64,000 nt of DNA from a virus (Duplodnaviria; Heunggongvirae; Uroviricota; Caudoviricetes), in the IMG/VR virus record IMGVR_UViG_3300000553_000021, positions 13,528 through 77,527 of that record. One strand, 5' to 3'. Shown in pieces: positions 47,393 to 56,978 of this stretch. Under the pieces are notes generated by a model, which did not search any database, was not told where the DNA came from, and saw only the letters and a list, made by a program, of their open reading frames with translations. The position numbers and the translations under genes were made by a program. The first letter of the stretch is position 1. Every line of letters starts with the position of its first letter.

Positions 47393-47708
47393 ACCAATAA
47401 ATTTTAGAAAGATAAATAATACAAAATTCACAACATCAAAAGGATATGAATATTCGTTTCAATACGATGGTGTACATCCTGAGGTGTGGGTATTTCGTTT
47501 TCCTGATAATACAAACAATGTTTTGGCATTTATTATGATATGGGAATATCAAAGATATGAAATAAGGAGAGCCGGAAATGGTAAAGGTACTACTTGGATT
47601 GATACACTACACAAAGGAAGCTTTGATAAAGCAACTATGAAAACAATGGATTCATTTACCGATTGGGTGAAAGATAGAATAGAACATTTTGAATCACAAT
47701 ACGATTAA
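47385..47708 (+). CDS. hypothetical protein
   Basis: ORF track. Confidence 0.45.
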   Translation: MNRPINFRKINNTKFTTSKGYEYSFQYDGVHPEVWVFRFPDNTNNVLAFIMIWEYQRYEIRRAGNGKGTTWIDTLHKGSFDKATMKTMDSFTDWVKDRIEHFESQYD

Positions 47709-47709
47709 T

Positions 47710-48027
47710 ATGATAACAATACAAAATTTAGATAAAATATTAGCAATCAATTCACAGAGAGTTGAAGTGATGCATTTTCAAGAATATAATAGTTTATATG
47801 AATTTGAATTTATGCATGATAACATTAATTCAACTACATTCAGAGTTCATATGAATAGACATCATGATTGGGGTGATAAGGGTTCGTATAGAATGAAATT
47901 GTGGGATAGTATATCCAGTTCACCATTGGAATATAACTTTGAATTGTATAATGTAAAAGACCCATTTTGTTTATTAGCATATTTGCATGATGTAATTATG
48001 GATTGGGATATAATAACAAATAAATAA
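47710..48027 (+). CDS. MLTIKNI-family small protein
   Basis: ATG 47710 gives MITIQNLDKIL...; ORF track 47689..48027. Confidence 0.5.
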   Translation: MITIQNLDKILAINSQRVEVMHFQEYNSLYEFEFMHDNINSTTFRVHMNRHHDWGDKGSYRMKLWDSISSSPLEYNFELYNVKDPFCLLAYLHDVIMDWDIITNK

Positions 48028-48038
48028 AATAATAAAGT

Positions 48039-48407
48039 ATGAAATCAATTAAAAAAGAAAAAGGAGCATGGATGTTAGTAGATAAAGAGTTTAACATTCC
48101 AGTATTCAATGCAAATACACAAATGTATAAATGTATTGATGTTAGTGAAATAGCATCATCACCGGGAGGTAAAGATTACACTATTTCTTTAAGTGAAGTA
48201 AAACAACAATATTCAGTTCCAGAAAGAATAAATATTGATTTGTTTATACCAATTGATGGAAATGGTGGACTTGCTCATGTAACAATGAATGAGGTAGACC
48301 CAAAACGTGGTGATGTTAAATTAGGACAGACACTTACTCCCAAAGAAAACATAACTACTTTGGAAGGACTTAAAAAAGTATTTTACGAAATGGCAAAAAA
48401 AATGTAA
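48039..48407 (+). CDS. hypothetical protein, paralog of 41690..42052
   Basis: WMLVDKEFNIPVF...QYSVPERINIDLF parallels MLVDKVFEIPLF...SYSVPEVLRMDIEIF. Confidence 0.5.
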   Translation: MKSIKKEKGAWMLVDKEFNIPVFNANTQMYKCIDVSEIASSPGGKDYTISLSEVKQQYSVPERINIDLFIPIDGNGGLAHVTMNEVDPKRGDVKLGQTLTPKENITTLEGLKKVFYEMAKKM

Positions 48408-48408
48408 T

Positions 48409-48702
48409 ATGTTAAAGATAAATAATCCGACTGATATATTAGGAATGAATTTTGTAGGTGGCAAATACAAATTAAAGGAAGCCGAAGAACATGATGATAG
48501 ATATACATTTTCATTTCAAGATACCGATACAAATTGGGTAATCATTCACATATATCGAAAACCTATATGGGATAGTGAAAGAAGTGTAAATATGTATAGT
48601 GTGGACAATGGAACAATGCGTAATCATAGAGTATCTGCTAAATGGTTTGGTATGATTAAGAATGTTCAACTTACATTTAATGAAGCATTAAAAGATTTAT
48701 AG
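48409..48702 (+). CDS. MLTIKNI-family small protein
   Basis: MLKINNPTDILGM... Confidence 0.5.
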   Translation: MLKINNPTDILGMNFVGGKYKLKEAEEHDDRYTFSFQDTDTNWVIIHIYRKPIWDSERSVNMYSVDNGTMRNHRVSAKWFGMIKNVQLTFNEALKDL

Positions 48703-48703
48703 T

Positions 48704-49246
48704 ATGAGAAAGAAAATAATATTCATCGATATAGATGGACCATTAGCATGGGGAACATGGATGGATGGTAAGGTTAAGATAAACGAAAACACATCGGCAG
48801 AGTTTACAATACCTTACGCTTGGGATAGGGCAGATTGTGAAGCATTAGCTGAGATATGTGATAAAACAAATGCTGAATTAGTGTTAAGTTCTGATTGGAA
48901 AATGCATTTCACATTAAAACAAATGAGTGACATTTTCATTGAGTATGGTATCTATGCAAAACTTATTGATACCACAACCCATATGAATACCAGACAAATG
49001 GGGATATGGAATAAGATGAGTAATCCATCTTTAGAGTTTGAAAGAGCACATCAAATTGCGAAATGGGCTAAGGATAATAAAATTAGTAATTGGATTGCAA
49101 TTGATGATATGAAGTTAAGTGCAGAGTTCAAATGGATGAATGCTCGTATTCCAATGTGGAGGCATGTACAAGTTACTGGTGATTTTGGATATGGTGGTAG
49201 GTTAAGAGATAAGGTTGATGAATGTATTAAAAAACTAAATAAATAA
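48704..49246 (+). CDS. HAD-like hydrolase
   Basis: IIFIDIDGPLA motif I variant; WIAIDDMK (motif IV-like). Confidence 0.4.
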   Translation: MRKKIIFIDIDGPLAWGTWMDGKVKINENTSAEFTIPYAWDRADCEALAEICDKTNAELVLSSDWKMHFTLKQMSDIFIEYGIYAKLIDTTTHMNTRQMGIWNKMSNPSLEFERAHQIAKWAKDNKISNWIAIDDMKLSAEFKWMNARIPMWRHVQVTGDFGYGGRLRDKVDECIKKLNK

Positions 49247-49249
49247 GTT

Positions 49250-49753
49250 ATGAGAAAATTAAAATATATCCTACAAGATTTCTATTGGTTAAAGGCATTG
49301 AACTCACCATTCAAACCATTCAGTATAAAAACATATTGTGGTAAAACAAAAGTGGGCGTTCCTTATTTCCTACCAAGAGTGTGGGTTAAGGATAAGGAGA
49401 AGCCAGGTTGGAAAACATCTCGTCCACAAAAATTTGGATTTAGTTATTGTAGTTTAGGTTGGAAAACAAAATGGACTGATTGTGATTATAGATACGAATG
49501 GGGTCCTGTATTATCATTTGTATTCTTTGGTTATCAAATTGCTGTTATGGTAGGGTTTAGGGATAGAAATGCAGTTGACCATTATTGGGAAGCATGGTTA
49601 TTCTATGAAAACAATACCGATAAAACTAAATCAAAACAGGAAAGGGTAGAACAATGTAGAGATGAATTTCCAATGGTATGGACAAAGAGTAGTGTTAATG
49701 GTAAAGAAACAATTGATTACTACGATATAGTATTAAAAGAAAAATATAAATAA
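49250..49753 (+). CDS. hypothetical protein
   Basis: ORF track; TAAGTTATG context. Confidence 0.5.
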   Translation: MRKLKYILQDFYWLKALNSPFKPFSIKTYCGKTKVGVPYFLPRVWVKDKEKPGWKTSRPQKFGFSYCSLGWKTKWTDCDYRYEWGPVLSFVFFGYQIAVMVGFRDRNAVDHYWEAWLFYENNTDKTKSKQERVEQCRDEFPMVWTKSSVNGKETIDYYDIVLKEKYK

Positions 49754-49911
49754 TGAAAAATCCAAAGTATGTATTGAATAGAATTATCAATGCATTTATC
49801 AATGGTTATTATGGTAGGACACCACACTATTGGGAAAGGGGTAGATATAATAAAGCATATAGATTACACTATCGAGGTAGTAAACGAATTAAAATTAAGT
49901 TAAATGAATAA
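49753..49911 (+). CDS. small basic protein (52 aa)
   Basis: TAATG overlap start; fills the 150-nt gap; not in ORF track. Confidence 0.3.
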   Translation: MKNPKYVLNRIINAFINGYYGRTPHYWERGRYNKAYRLHYRGSKRIKIKLNE

Positions 49912-50248
49912 GTTATTATTAGGTATATTGTATGGATTGGTAGCACAAGTTCTTACCTTTCTACAATTACAGGGTGGAATTAAATATCATTGGAACGAAA
50001 AATATCCTATCTTAATTATATTAGCTTCAATGCCAATTAGTTTTATATTCATTAAATCAGTTGGTTGTATGGTAGAATATAGTAATGGTGGTTTATGGTT
50101 ATCTAGGTTGGTAGGGTTTGTAGTAGGTGTATTTGTATTCAGTATATTAAGTAGTGTCCTGTTCAAAGAGCCTATCACATCCAAAACCATTGTGTGTTTA
50201 TTATTGGCATTCACAATTTTATTAATTCAAATATTTGTAAAAGGTTAA
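49904..50248 (+). CDS. integral membrane protein (about 4 TM)
   Basis: four hydrophobic helices. Confidence 0.45.
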   Translation: MNKLLLGILYGLVAQVLTFLQLQGGIKYHWNEKYPILIILASMPISFIFIKSVGCMVEYSNGGLWLSRLVGFVVGVFVFSILSSVLFKEPITSKTIVCLLLAFTILLIQIFVKG

Positions 50249-50250
50249 TT

Positions 50251-51483
50251 ATGAAAAATATATTATTAGGATTTTTATTAGTAGGTTTGTTCAGTTGTTC
50301 TAAAGTAGTTATAACACCATTACCGGTTATTCCACCATCAACAACACCTGTTACTACAACATACCAAACTTTAACTGCTGGTTATTATGTTGGAAAGACA
50401 TCTTATCAATTAAAAACACCATTTAAATTTGTTAATGTTGATAGTATACGTTTAGTATTAGGTATTAGAAATAAAGGTATCTATAATGGTAACAATAATT
50501 TAGGATATGTCTACATTGATATTAATGGTGATGGGTTAGAGGATATATTTTATCCGTATGAGTCCAATGGAAATTTTACAACTAAACCAGATGTTATTAT
50601 TAATAAGGGTAATCATTATGAATTAGATAATAGTATGTTACCTGATAACTTTGTTGGGACAGTAAATACTAGAAAAACAATTGTAGGTGATTTCAATAAT
50701 GATAGTTTACCTGATTTATTCTTAATTAATCAAGGATTGGATGCATCACCCTATCCTGGTGAACAATGCACATTATTACTAAGTGACAAAACTACTCATA
50801 AATACAAATTAGGTGATTTATCTATGTTACCAACTGCATTTTGGCATGGAGGTGCAAGTGGGGATTTAAATGGTGATGGTAATTTAGACATAATTGTTTT
50901 AGGTGGGCATCCTGCAAAAGTTTTATATGGTGATGGGAAAGGTAATTTTACAGGCCAAGATTGGCAATACAATGCAGGTTATGGTTATATTACTGGCGAA
51001 ATTATTGATGTTGATAATGATGGTAAGAATGATATTATATTAAGTGGTGATGAGGGAAGACCTGCACCTGCTTTATATTCACCTTCTACTATTTTTTTTA
51101 ACAAAAATAATAATTTTCAAACACAAACTCAAATATGTTTACCTAGTACAACTGGTTGGGGTAGTGTTATGGACATTGCATGTGCTGATGTTGATGGTGA
51201 TGGTATTAATGAAATATTTCTTGATAGAACAGGTGATATAACAGGAAGTTGGTATGGTGGATATACAATCAATGTATATAAATCCGACAAAACATATCAA
51301 ACATTTTCAGATGTAACTACAACGTATATTAAAAATAATGTTTCAATTCAACCACAAACAACTGCATGGATGTGGAGAATGTTATTATATAAATCAAATA
51401 ATATATGGGTATTAAATGGTTTTACAACTGATCAACATTCAACGATATGGGTACAAAACACAACAACTAAAATATTTGAATAA
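50251..51483 (+). CDS. lipoprotein with FG-GAP/VCBS-like beta-propeller repeats
   Basis: Lipobox MKNILLGFLLVGLFSC; repeated DxNGDGxxDI blocks (DINGDGLEDIF, GDLNGDGNLDII, DVDNDGKNDII, DVDGDGINEIF); ATG 50251. Confidence 0.5.
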   Translation: MKNILLGFLLVGLFSCSKVVITPLPVIPPSTTPVTTTYQTLTAGYYVGKTSYQLKTPFKFVNVDSIRLVLGIRNKGIYNGNNNLGYVYIDINGDGLEDIFYPYESNGNFTTKPDVIINKGNHYELDNSMLPDNFVGTVNTRKTIVGDFNNDSLPDLFLINQGLDASPYPGEQCTLLLSDKTTHKYKLGDLSMLPTAFWHGGASGDLNGDGNLDIIVLGGHPAKVLYGDGKGNFTGQDWQYNAGYGYITGEIIDVDNDGKNDIILSGDEGRPAPALYSPSTIFFNKNNNFQTQTQICLPSTTGWGSVMDIACADVDGDGINEIFLDRTGDITGSWYGGYTINVYKSDKTYQTFSDVTTTYIKNNVSIQPQTTAWMWRMLLYKSNNIWVLNGFTTDQHSTIWVQNTTTKIFE

Positions 51484-51653
51484 TGAGTAGATACGATAGA
51501 ATACTATTAGAGAAAGCAAAAGATTACTATATGAAAAAAATTAAATTGTTAGAATCTTTGGATAAACATCTTACTGAAAAAGGAAACTTCACGAAAGGTC
51601 AGCAAGATTTATTACGGAAACTTACAAATGATAATACTTATTCAAAAAAGTAA
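51483..51653 (+). CDS. small hypothetical protein (56 aa)
   Basis: TAATG overlap start; not in ORF track. Confidence 0.3.
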   Translation: MSRYDRILLEKAKDYYMKKIKLLESLDKHLTEKGNFTKGQQDLLRKLTNDNTYSKK

Positions 51654-51658
51654 TACAT

Positions 51659-51856
51659 ATGAATTGGGAAAACAAATTAAAAGCAACTGGCTTTCTTTCG
51701 CTTAAAAACAAAGAGGGTGATACATTTTCTTATATTAAATTAGATGATGCAGCAAAGATAGCCGAAATGGCTTATAATGAAGCTTTAGACAAAGTTAAAG
51801 AAATCTATAAAGATGAAAAGGATATTGTTGATACAATAAAAGATTTGAAGTTATAA
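51659..51856 (+). CDS. hypothetical protein
   Basis: ORF track. Confidence 0.4.
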   Translation: MNWENKLKATGFLSLKNKEGDTFSYIKLDDAAKIAEMAYNEALDKVKEIYKDEKDIVDTIKDLKL

Positions 51857-53013
51857 TGCAATTTATTTACCACAATGAATATTATGGTATAGAATTTAGT
51901 TATTTTGAAAATAAAGGTTATTCATTAGTAGAAATACCACAAAATGATTACACTTACATTAACAAAATAAAAAATGGTGATGTATTATTTATAAAATTAG
52001 ATGATATTGATTACATTAATGCAAGTGTAAATAAAGAATATAAACTTACTATATTTTTATTTATTAATCATGAATATTGTAATAGACACAGAAGAAAAGC
52101 TATTATTGAAAATAGAAATATAAATCATAGAATATATTTTCTAACTACACATTTAGATAACGATACAACTGAATGTGATTTAGCATTAAGAACAAAATGC
52201 CTACCTTTTAAATCTTTATTTTCAGAAAAAGCATTTCAATTGAAAGATTCAAGAAACAAAAAATATAATTTCTTTAATCGTTCTATCAATTTACGCAGAA
52301 TTAAAATATTTGAACTTATTAAAAAACATAACATTCAATTAAAAGATTGTTATTATACATTTGGTCTTATAATAAAGAAAAACACATTTGGTGATATTAA
52401 ATCAATTAGTGATTTTATTAATTATAGAAATAGTCCAGGTGGGGGCAGAGATGGAAACGATGATTTAACATTTGATATTGAGTATTTAAATCAATTTACA
52501 AATGAGTTTTTTATATACGAAAATAAAATAGATGTTGAATTGGGTAATATACAAAGTTCAGATAGTATAGACATGTATGATGAAGTGAACATTAATTCAT
52601 TAGACTCATATGCATCTTTTATAGTTGAAAGTAGTGGTGATAGTGGTGATGATTTACGTTTGACAGAAAAAACGATAAGAGCTTGGTTATGTAAAAATAT
52701 ATTCATATCTTTACAATGTAGAGGATTTAATAGAGCACTCCGAAATAATGGAATAGAAACATTTGAAGATGTATTTGGTTTAGATACGAATTGGGATGAA
52801 AATATAAGTGAAACGGAAAGAATAGAAACATTTGTTAATGCATTAAAACGATTTAATGAATTACCAATTGAGGAAGTAGAACAAATATACAATACTGATA
52901 GTGTTCAACAAAGATTAGAAAATAATTATAGAATTGTTAATGGATGTTTTAATCCACTTAACGCTATTATGGAAATAGATAAATTGATTGGTTATGAAAA
53001 TAATGTTTATTAG
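51856..53013 (+). CDS. hypothetical protein
   Basis: ORF track 385 aa. Confidence 0.5.
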   Translation: MQFIYHNEYYGIEFSYFENKGYSLVEIPQNDYTYINKIKNGDVLFIKLDDIDYINASVNKEYKLTIFLFINHEYCNRHRRKAIIENRNINHRIYFLTTHLDNDTTECDLALRTKCLPFKSLFSEKAFQLKDSRNKKYNFFNRSINLRRIKIFELIKKHNIQLKDCYYTFGLIIKKNTFGDIKSISDFINYRNSPGGGRDGNDDLTFDIEYLNQFTNEFFIYENKIDVELGNIQSSDSIDMYDEVNINSLDSYASFIVESSGDSGDDLRLTEKTIRAWLCKNIFISLQCRGFNRALRNNGIETFEDVFGLDTNWDENISETERIETFVNALKRFNELPIEEVEQIYNTDSVQQRLENNYRIVNGCFNPLNAIMEIDKLIGYENNVY

Positions 53014-53704
53014 TGACACTCATGGTAGACACAATGAGATTACTAGTTTATATAGTGAGTTACCCTATGTAGACATGATTATACATAGTGGGGATTGTAC
53101 TCGTTATGGTGAATATGATGAAACGGATTTGTTTCTAAAATGGTATGCAAATAAAAATGCTAAACATAAGGTATTAATTGCAGGTAATCATGATTTTGTA
53201 TTTCAGAATCAAGATAGAAAGAATTTGTTATTAGCAAACAATCCAACAATTACTTATTTAGAAGATGAGTATATTAATATAGATGGTATGGGTATCTATG
53301 GTAGTCCATGGTCACCTATTTATGGTATGTGGGCATTTATGAAACATAGAAACCAAGAATTAGATGAAGTATGGCAAAAAGTTCCTACTGATGGTAGTAT
53401 AGATATATTAGTTACACATACACCTAGATATGGTAGACATGATATAAGTGTAAGAGGTAATTATCATGTTGGTTGTGAAATGTTAGCAAATCGTATCAAT
53501 GATATTAAACCTAAAGTGCATGTATGTGGACATATACATGAATGTGGTGGTATGATTGTTGAGGAAACATATGAAACACCAATAAAAGGAATGGTTAGTT
53601 TAAATGCATCTTTATTAGATATTAGATATTATTTATCTAATCCTATATGGATATGGGATACTGAAAGTGATGAATGGAGTTCAATAAATAAACATGAAAA
53701 ATAA
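52988..53704 (+). CDS. calcineurin-like metallophosphoesterase
   Basis: ISDTHGRH, HSGDCTRYG, AGNHDF, CGHIHE; start may be 53003 (MFISDTHG). Confidence 0.65.
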   Translation: MVMKIMFISDTHGRHNEITSLYSELPYVDMIIHSGDCTRYGEYDETDLFLKWYANKNAKHKVLIAGNHDFVFQNQDRKNLLLANNPTITYLEDEYINIDGMGIYGSPWSPIYGMWAFMKHRNQELDEVWQKVPTDGSIDILVTHTPRYGRHDISVRGNYHVGCEMLANRINDIKPKVHVCGHIHECGGMIVEETYETPIKGMVSLNASLLDIRYYLSNPIWIWDTESDEWSSINKHEK

Positions 53705-54332
53705 ACTTTGGGTATTCGGTTGTTCATTATCTACTGGATTTGGTGGACACAATTATGTTGTAAACGAAAACAAAACATGGCCTAAATTATTAGCAGATAA
53801 ATTGAATTTAGAATTAGATAATTCAGCACATGCCGGTCAATGTAATTGGGTTTCAATACTACAATTTATTGATAAGAGAGATCAAATACAAAAAGGTGAT
53901 AAGGTAATATTTGAATTTACATTCTTTGATAGATATAATATTTATCCAACTCGTGCACAATTAATAGATTTAGAAGCATTTTTTATTCAACATAAACATG
54001 ATTTAAGTGAAGTATCACAACAATATAGAGATACCAATTTTAACTGGTTTAAAAAACAAGTTTTAAAGTGGTGTTTAGATAATGATATAAATTTATATGT
54101 ATGGAGTGTTGAGGGACAAACCCATATAGAGTTTAAAAGATACAACGAAATAATTGAATTTATTACAGCACCAAATTCAACGAATGATAATATAAATTAT
54201 TCATTTTATTATAAATGGCAAGATATATCAAATGAACAACATATAGTTAAACCTAATGGTGAAATAGATAGACATTTTAATGAATTAGGACATCAACGAA
54301 TGGCAAATCATTTTTATTCTAAGATAATTTGA
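53694..54332 (+). CDS. SGNH-hydrolase-like protein (paralog of 54893..55648)
   Basis: N-terminal LWVFGCSLSTGFGG; C-terminal DRHFNELGHQRMANHF (DxxH block). Confidence 0.45.
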   Translation: MKNKLWVFGCSLSTGFGGHNYVVNENKTWPKLLADKLNLELDNSAHAGQCNWVSILQFIDKRDQIQKGDKVIFEFTFFDRYNIYPTRAQLIDLEAFFIQHKHDLSEVSQQYRDTNFNWFKKQVLKWCLDNDINLYVWSVEGQTHIEFKRYNEIIEFITAPNSTNDNINYSFYYKWQDISNEQHIVKPNGEIDRHFNELGHQRMANHFYSKII

Positions 54333-54358
54333 TATTTATATAAAATAAAACAAATAAT

Positions 54359-54613
54359 ATGATTAAGTTAGAAGCATTTGAACCATTTAAAGAAGCTAAC
54401 CCAGAATTAGCAGCAACGGGTAAATATGGTGTATTAGTATTAGACAAAGGTACATGGATACCACTTGAAATAACTGAAGAAGATTTCGGTAAATATAAAC
54501 AAGTACATCCACAAAGCCAAAATCAAACAGATGAGGATAAGGCTTTGCATGAAGCCGCTTTTGAAACAAATAAAGGTGGACATTCTGCTTGGGTATTAGT
54601 AGAATTGGTATAA
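54359..54613 (+). CDS. small hypothetical protein, tandem paralog A
   Basis: LEAFEPFK...GVLVLDKGTWIPLEITEEDFGKY vs the next ORF. Confidence 0.45.
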   Translation: MIKLEAFEPFKEANPELAATGKYGVLVLDKGTWIPLEITEEDFGKYKQVHPQSQNQTDEDKALHEAAFETNKGGHSAWVLVELV

Positions 54614-54628
54614 TTAAAATAATATAAT

Positions 54629-54889
54629 ATGTTACAATTAAATGCCTTTAATCATTTTAAAAATGAAATTAAAAATAAACCCTTAGTTGATGAGGGTTTA
54701 TTTGGTGTCTTAGTCCTAACAAAACAAAGTTGGGTGCCCACTAAAATAACAGAACAAGACTTTGCCCGTTATGAACATGTATCTTATTATGATAGTGAGG
54801 AACTTCGTATTAAATTAGAAGATGCAGCTTGGAAATTGGGAAATACAATAGCACCAATGTGGCCGTTAGTTAGATTAATTGAATGGTAA
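54629..54889 (+). CDS. small hypothetical protein, tandem paralog B
   Basis: LNAFNHFK...GVLVLTKQSWVPTKITEQDFARY. Confidence 0.45.
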   Translation: MLQLNAFNHFKNEIKNKPLVDEGLFGVLVLTKQSWVPTKITEQDFARYEHVSYYDSEELRIKLEDAAWKLGNTIAPMWPLVRLIEW

Positions 54890-54892
54890 TTA

Positions 54893-55648
54893 ATGAATAA
54901 GTTATACATTTACGGATGTTCACATAGTGCAGGTAATTTATTAGGTTACGCACATACTGAAAATCAATATTTAGAAAAGTTAGGAGAGGGTATTAGATAT
55001 TTATCTACTCAATATACCGAATGGCTTGGTCATATTGGTAATCCTTTTTATGTGCAATTAGCAAATGAATTGGGATTGGAGTGGATATTAAGAGCTGAAG
55101 GTGGGCATAGTAATCAACAACAATTCAAAAGATTATTAGGTGATTTACATAAAATAAACAAAGATGATACTATAATATTTCAATTTACACATTTTGTTAG
55201 ATTTGAAGTTCCAATTTTACAAAACGGCAAGTGGATAAGTGATGGTTGGCAAAAGGGTGGTAGTTTGGTATTTGACGATCCTAAATACCAACATTTTTAT
55301 TTAACACATTTGGATTTTGAAATACCATTTATAATAGAAATAGTTAAACAAATACTTACATTATTAAAATACATAGAAACCAATATAGGTGCAAAAGTTT
55401 ATATTTGGTCAATGGATAGTATTAGTGATGAAATAAATGAATATACTAAATTAGTAGAACAGCCTAATTTAATTAGATTTGAAATAGATGGTGAAATCTA
55501 CAATTATTTAAGTGGTGTTACCAATAGTATAGATAGAAATGAACACTTTATAATTAAGCATGAAACAAAAGGTGAAGTTGATGATATGCATTTTGGTGAA
55601 TTAGGTCATAAATTTATGTATGAAAATATTTTGAAGTTTATAAAATAA
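54893..55648 (+). CDS. SGNH-hydrolase-like protein
   Basis: LYIYGCSHSAGNLLG; C-terminal DDMHFGELGHKFMYENI. Confidence 0.45.
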   Translation: MNKLYIYGCSHSAGNLLGYAHTENQYLEKLGEGIRYLSTQYTEWLGHIGNPFYVQLANELGLEWILRAEGGHSNQQQFKRLLGDLHKINKDDTIIFQFTHFVRFEVPILQNGKWISDGWQKGGSLVFDDPKYQHFYLTHLDFEIPFIIEIVKQILTLLKYIETNIGAKVYIWSMDSISDEINEYTKLVEQPNLIRFEIDGEIYNYLSGVTNSIDRNEHFIIKHETKGEVDDMHFGELGHKFMYENILKFIK

Positions 55649-55657
55649 ATAGTATAT

Positions 55658-55918
55658 TTGAATATGAATATATTTAGAAAAATCAAAAGAATATTTATAC
55701 CTGAGTGGCATACTTTCTTATTAAAAAATGGTGATAAGTATGAATTGAGAGTATATAAGAATGGTGAAAGAGTAAATTATTATGATTTATATAAAACCAA
55801 AAAGGGAAGTAAAATTCTTAAGGAGTATTTAAATGAACAACAAACAAACGAAATTAAAAGGCAGAAAGAAGATTCAAAAGAAAACTATAAGAGAACAACA
55901 AAACGCAAAGATTTATAG
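55658..55918 (+). CDS. basic hypothetical protein
   Basis: ORF track. Confidence 0.4.
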   Translation: MNMNIFRKIKRIFIPEWHTFLLKNGDKYELRVYKNGERVNYYDLYKTKKGSKILKEYLNEQQTNEIKRQKEDSKENYKRTTKRKDL

Positions 55919-55932
55919 AAAACATACATAAT

Positions 55933-56199
55933 ATGATAGTAAAAGAATTTTTAAGATATGGAGATAAACTTTGTATAGTTAAAAAAAGAATAAACTCGGA
56001 GAGAATAAACGATGTATCAGCCGCTAAAGATTTATATGAAGCAGAACATTGTGTTAAAAATCCACATAATCCATTTGAATATATTTTTTTACAAATAATA
56101 CCAGACCTACACTATGAGCAAATCATTGAGTCAAAAGGAAATGCTATTAAAGAGTATAATGAAATCCGACAAGAAGAAACAGAACAAAACAATTATTAA
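55933..56199 (+). CDS. hypothetical protein
   Basis: ORF track. Confidence 0.4.
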   Translation: MIVKEFLRYGDKLCIVKKRINSERINDVSAAKDLYEAEHCVKNPHNPFEYIFLQIIPDLHYEQIIESKGNAIKEYNEIRQEETEQNNY

Positions 56200-56273
56200 T
56201 AATTCAGTAGGTAAAACCAATACAAAAGGTACTATTGATGTAAAGGCTAAGAATAGAAAGTCACAATAATATT

Positions 56274-56303
56274 TTGTCACTTTGATATTTTGTTGTATCT
56301 TTG
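56274..56303 (+). promoter_or_regulatory. promoter (-33 TTG 56274-76; -7 TATCTTTG 56296-303), leaderless into ATG 56308
   Basis: 19-nt spacing; ATG 4 nt after the -7 motif. Confidence 0.5.
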
Positions 56304-56307
56304 ATAT

Positions 56308-56589
56308 ATGAAAAGTAGAAGAAACAAAAATAATGAAGATGGCTCAATTAGAAAGTTATTCATGCAACAACTCCTAAATACTATTAAAAATAGTGAATTT
56401 ATGGAAGGTGTAATGAATGAACTAATTGCGTTATATAATCAAAATACTGATGAACAAAACGAATTAGATTTTGATGAAACGATGTTACCTGATATGTTAG
56501 AGGTATGTGTTGAGAATGAACAATATGAAATAGCAGCAAGGTTACACAAACAAATAACTAAATTACAAAACAATGTTGAAGCAGGATAA
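56308..56589 (+). CDS. hypothetical protein
   Basis: ORF track. Confidence 0.45.
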   Translation: MKSRRNKNNEDGSIRKLFMQQLLNTIKNSEFMEGVMNELIALYNQNTDEQNELDFDETMLPDMLEVCVENEQYEIAARLHKQITKLQNNVEAG

Positions 56590-56785
56590 AAAAGGTTATT
56601 ATATTATTGAATCGGCATTAGACCTAAAACAATGGCATAGATTAACCGATTTAACAATGAGAGAGAAAATTCAGTTAAAAGCAGAATTAGACCCACCAAA
56701 AGTTAAGAAACCAACAACTAAAAAGAAAGTAGTTAAAAAAGAGGATAGACCGGAGCCAACCGATTTCGATAAATGGTTTAGATAA
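56573..56785 (+). CDS. hypothetical protein with basic tail
   Basis: ORF track. Confidence 0.4.
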   Translation: MLKQDKKGYYIIESALDLKQWHRLTDLTMREKIQLKAELDPPKVKKPTTKKKVVKKEDRPEPTDFDKWFR

Positions 56786-56786
56786 T

Positions 56787-56978
56787 ATGGAAAAAATATA
56801 CGCACAAAGAATGATAGAATGGTCAGAACAAGCAAAAGAAACATTGACCATTCGTAAAGAAATTATAATTGATGATACTATAACCGATGAGCAATTGGGA
56901 ATTATCATTAGACAAATGTATTCAGCAAAAGTAGAAGCAGAAAATGAATCAATAGATAGATGTAAAAAATATGTTTAG
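56787..56978 (+). CDS. hypothetical protein
   Basis: ORF track. Confidence 0.35.
   Translation: MEKIYAQRMIEWSEQAKETLTIRKEIIIDDTITDEQLGIIIRQMYSAKVEAENESIDRCKKYV

Noticed and set aside
52491-52892. 133-aa minus-strand ORF inside 51856..53013
   Set aside because: It is antisense to a long + strand ORF in a uniformly + strand genome, with no promoter or start context.
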